A DNA stretch of 64,000 nt, taken from the NCBI RefSeq assembly GCF_009914755.1, contig NC_060939.1; one strand, given 5' to 3'. Source of the stretch: the human T2T-CHM13v2.0 reference genome, Homo sapiens. The translations under genes were made by a program, and so were the position numbers. The notes under the pieces are model-generated. The model saw only the letters and a program-made list of their open reading frames with translations, made no database searches and had not been told where the DNA came from. Position 1 is the stretch's first letter, and each line of letters starts with the position of its first letter. Positions 59,101-64,000 of the stretch are shown piece by piece.

Positions 59101-60777
59101 ATTTTCTCATTTGTTCTTTCAACCTGTCTAAAAGTTCGATAGGCCCTTCATCTTTCCTTTGTTGTATGTCGAATGCTCGAGTAAGATTTTGGGTTCGGAG
59201 TACTGACTCCCGAATCCCTTTTATTATCATTTCCCTAAGTTCTTGCGTATCCTCTTCAGTGGGCTGCGTTATTATTGTCCCAGCAGGGGTCTTGGTTGGG
59301 GAATTTTTGATCCGCTGCATGAATGTTTTGGCCAGGAGGGTGTTCATGTTCCCAGGCTACCATAGCAGCTCTACAGATGATGCTTCTTTCTTCCCCTGAG
59401 AAAAGGATGCCTAGGATGGACATTAACTCAGCCCAAGTATATATAACTGTGGTCCTAGAAATTGGTTAATTCGATCTGCTATTCCACTGGAGTTGTCTAA
59501 TAGTGTGGCTTGAACTCTGTTTTTAGGTTTTGGACCTCCGAGCTGGTTAAAGGAGCATTTACAAAGTGAATACCTCCTCCTCGTAGGGACACCTCTCTTC
59601 AGGGGAAGAGAGGTGGAGCTAATTCTCCCGAGGTAGAGGGGAAGGGGAAGTTCTGAATATCCCTTTTACATTGCTCTATCTCACATTGAAGTCCTTTCAG
59701 GGAAGAGTACTTAGGGTGATAGTGAGCAGGCTGTTGGGACAATTCCCAAGAGGCAGGGTTATAAAGAGGGGGAACAATGTGGGTAGGAGAAGGGTCTGGG
59801 ACAACTGCCTCTGCTTGAGGGGGAGGGAGGTTAGGGGTATTGGACGGGGGAAGGTGGTGGAGGAAGTTCCATGTGTTGGTGAGCTGTCTAGGAACAGGGA
59901 CCTTATCTTTCTCAGAGGAGTTAATTTCTGACTTGCTTTTCAGGATTGATTCCTGAGTCCAAATGAAACAACAATATTTTATCATTTGCTGCTTTTTCTT
60001 GTATTTAGTCCTTTCACTCTCTTTCCAATATTTTAGCATAAGCCCTAGGGGACTATCAGGAGGAATGTTATTGTTGCTAGCTTTATCCTTTTTCTCCCCT
60101 GCATTACTTGAGGTATTTCCCATCTTGAAAAGGGATTGGGGTGAGGCTCAATTTCCCCTACTAGAAATTTCTTCCCAGTTACGAGAGGTTTGTATAAGGC
60201 TCAACCTCTCCTACTGGAGATTTCTCACCTTTCCTTTCCTTTCCTTTCCTTTCCTTTCTTAGAGGCTCAACCCCCCTGCTGGAGGTTTCTTGCACTTTTC
60301 TCCTTTCGCTTCATCCTTCTCTGGCTGCTTCCCTCACGGGAACGTTGGTTTCCTCTTAGCAATGGCTGTTTCAGTAGAAACCCCTGACCCAGACTCCTTT
60401 ACAGAAGGGCTACCTTAAGCTGTATAAGGTGACCACAGAACTGCAGATCTGGACTGAACACTTGCTTTGCACTCAATTGTGAGTCTCAACACACACTTTC
60501 AATCTCCAAGATATCCCAACCACCAAGAAAATACTTTGTCGCTCTTGTGATGTTTCTTACGTTGGTCTGTGCACATAGTTACCTGGTCACCATGGTATGT
60601 GAGGATCCTTTTCTCTTAAGTTGTTGGTCTGTTCCTTTCCAGACTGCTGAGAGTCCGGGTTTATTCATCACACTGGGTGGGTCCTGATCCCTCACCATGA
60701 GGCCACCTCAATGAGGCAGTGGGATGCTTCTCCTCACTATTGGTGACTGGAGACCCTTTTCTCAGAGGAGAATGGGA

Positions 60778-60795
60778 ATTCCGGACGAGCCCCCA
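60778..60795 (-). promoter_or_regulatory. tRNA-Pro primer binding site
   Basis: Minus strand TGGGGGCTCGTCCGGAAT versus canonical PBS-Pro TGGGGGCTCGTCCGGGAT (17/18), 3 nt from the LTR edge. Confidence 0.92.
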
Positions 60796-60798
60796 GAT

Positions 60799-61574
60799 TG
60801 TTAGAAACAAATGATCAGGCTGGGCGCAGTGGCTCGCCCCTGTAATCCCAGCACTTTGGGAGGCCGAGGTAGGCGGATCATGAAGTCAGGAGATCGAGAC
60901 CATCCTGGCTAACATGGTGAAATGCCGTCTCTACTAAAAAAAAAAAAATACAAAAAAATTAGCTGGGTGCAGTGGTGGGTGCCTGTAGTCCCAGCTACTC
61001 AGGAGGCTGAGGCAGGAGAATGGCGTGAACCTGGGAGGTGGAGCTTGCAGTGAGCTGAGATCAAGCCACTGTGCTCCACCCTGGGCAACAGAGCGAAACT
61101 CTGTCTCAAAAAAAAAAAAAAAAAAAGAAAGAAAAAAGAAACAAATGATCAGTGCTGCAAGGAAGAACCAGCACTCAGGAAAAAAAGTTTTCTCAGCAAG
61201 ACAACTTACTTCTGCAAAAGAGTGCTGTTTGCATTAGTCACGAATGCAAGAGCACACCGAGCGGGATAGAGCAGGAGTTTATATCCCTAACGCAGTCCCT
61301 ACCTCTCTGTCATTCCCACATGGGCTGGAGTCGGACTACACAATCTAAGCAGACTTGATTTGCTATCGCGAATATTCTCCCTAATAAGGAAGGGAGAGGG
61401 AATGTGAGTTACAGGTTGGGACTGATGGGAAGAGTTGTTTACAAGGCAGGTAACTGAGCAGATAACTAAGCAGGTAAATAGGGGTGAGAAGGTACAGGGA
61501 AATTGTTCTTAGGAACAAAGAACAAGGAAGTTGAACAGGTTAAACCTTTGAAGAGGAACTTACTGTACCTAATA
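60799..61574 (-). mobile_element. 5' LTR (LTR10 family) interrupted by an Alu
   Basis: Homologous to 52737-53176 once Alu 60818-61140 is removed. Confidence 0.9.
60818..61140 (+). mobile_element. AluY-like inserted in the ERV 5' LTR
   Basis: TSD agaaacaaatgatca at 60803-60817 and 61137-61151. Confidence 0.95.
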
Positions 61575-62131
61575 AGTTTTTTTGATTGGCTAATTAAATG
61601 TCTATTCATTATTGCCAAAAAGTGCCTACCCCACCAACAAGATACCAAATTTTAGAAAATGTTGGAGCTCTCTCTGAATCTAGGAGGAAGTGAGTAGTTT
61701 AGCTTTTATTTAGTAGTTAGGACCTTAAGTAAATCACTTTTTTTACTGTGTTTCTGTATAACATAGATAATATTTTTTGCCCTGCAAGAGAGCATATAGA
61801 GGAAAGCTCTTTGGCAGCGATACTGTGCCCTATGAATAAAAAAGTGATGGTGTCATTTGTGGCTGAATAACAGTTTATTTTGAGAATGCTTTATAACAGC
61901 TTTTCATGGGAAATAAAGCAATGCTGTTAACTTCATCTTGCATTTTTCTCATTTTTACTATGATTAAAAGGTAGTCAGCTTGTACAAAGGAAAGAAACAA
62001 GCCTTGACTCAGGAGCCTAGGACTTTTTCTTTGGTTTGCCCTCCTGGAACAGATTACCTTTCCAAATTGAATTTGTGGAGGAGCATTGGGAAATATCAGA
62101 AATGTCATATTAAGCACCTCAGTGGTACTTT

Positions 62132-62848
<717 letters not shown>

Positions 62849-63140
62849 CTTTGAGTCCAGAGGAATTATTTTCATTTATCTGACCAATTTATAATATAGG
62901 GTCAAATTCCTAGTGGTTATCCTCCCTCATCCCCATTTTTATACCCTTCCTTGAAAGGAACAGGTATATGAAGAGGAGACAGGTTTCCCTTTTGTGAATA
63001 GTATATCCCTTAGTATCTTGAATTTTTTTTGGTGGGGGTCGGGGGAGTTAAACTTACTTAGACCTGGTAAAGGGCAGTATTTGATAAATGTCAGCTAGTT
63101 TAGGGTTAGGGAATTGAGTTGAATGGAGATAGTCACTGCC

Positions 63141-63525
63141 AAATGTAAAGCATGACTGGAGAGCCACAGTGATGAAGCCAGGGTCCCTTTCTCCAGATCC
63201 TTTGTAACAGTGTTATGTGATCTCTTCTAGAAGATTGTTCTGAAAGATAATGCCAACTCGGAACCTAGGAAACCATCCAGTGGGTTTCTGCAGCTTAGGT
63301 GGTTCAAATCCTCATCAGCACGTTTGTTTTCTCTGCCTCAGTTTGCTTACAGTGATGTTCTCAGTAGCTGTAATTGCTGTCTTTGAATACTTAAGCATTT
63401 TTTTTTTAGCTCACAGGGGTATGTGTGCATTTTTCTTTTACCAAGTGTTAGAACTTTGACTCTGCTTTTGTGGGCTCTGGTTTAGCAACTTGGTTGTTTA
63501 GTTGTAAAATGATTAGTAGGGAAAA

Positions 63526-63559
<34 letters not shown>

Positions 63560-64000
63560 TTTAAGTTTCTTTTGTTCTCAGAGCACTTAGAATTTTATAT
63601 GGAAATTCTATCAGTTTACTTGATTCTCCACCCCACATTTCTTAAACAGCAAAGTATGAAGGTAATGTGTCCCATAACCAGCCTTCAGAAGAATTACAGC
63701 TGCTGTGTCTCTGAACTTTCAAGAAGTTTGTGCATCAATTTTCAAAAAATTATGAAATCCTTGAAGATAGCTGTGTTCTACATTTGGAAAGATACAAAAA
63801 CTGAACCTTCTAGCAGGCAGTTTTGCTTGCTGGTGCTTGAGCTAGAGCCACACATTGGTCTCAGTGGATTTATGGAGAAAAATAGGTACAGAAAGTTATT
63901 TCTAAATAAGACCAAAAATCCTTTTCTTAAGCAGTGACAGGTAAAGAGGTTGTCTTGGCTAATATTGAATTGTGTTGCCCTTGATTGAGACAGTTTTATG
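63141..64000 (+). repeat. Inverted segmental duplicate of 25698-26890 (UBE2Q2 intron-1-derived); continues beyond the window
   Basis: 63141 aaatgtaaagcatgactggagagcc is the reverse complement of ~26866-26890; the window end matches 25698-25727; shared (CA)n/(TG)n. Confidence 0.9.

Larger units (their letters stand above)
52737..61574 (-). mobile_element. Endogenous retrovirus, HERV-IP10 (ERV1) provirus with both LTRs; gag-pro-pol-env all disrupted
   Basis: gag MGNTSSN...IPPDSPLGLML (60123); protease LVDSGA; pol YPIPLEG, YNTPILPVKKP, RNase H FIDGSS/YTDS, integrase WHPPSSGRVERMN; env SU/TM 55089-53171; PBS and PPT present. Confidence 0.93.

Overview
Human (hominoid) genomic DNA, not prokaryotic. 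It is a mosaic of chromosome 15q25-type 'GOLGA core duplicon' segmental duplications. From left to right: (1) a GOLGA6L/GOLGA2P copy on the minus strand that has lost exon 1 and its promoter, carrying a short L1 with an inverted target-site arm; (2) a 5.4-kb decayed L1PA; (3) two UBE2Q2-derived pseudogene exons (minus); (4) the 3' end of a DNM1 pseudogene, tail-to-tail with an apparently intact 9-exon GOLGA6L gene (minus, 581 aa by my splice model, GOLGA6L10/L9/L4-like), which has a coding VNTR and a ~3.1-kb retro-inserted 3'UTR; (5) a CpG island that resembles a duplicated AKAP13 promoter/exon 1; (6) a two-LTR HERV-IP10 provirus (LTR10-type, tRNA-Pro PBS); (7) a MER50-like LTR; (8) the start of a second, inverted UBE2Q2-intron copy. 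Gene identities come from my recall of human sequences and paralog numbers cannot be fixed from this window. I see no new self-contained biological system. The most notable signals are exon-shuffling and rearrangement scars: a phase-compatible UBE2Q2::GOLGA fusion, a 77-bp foldback at an L1 5' junction, a microhomology-flanked exon-1 deletion, a retro-acquired 3'UTR and frameshifted reuse of exons.
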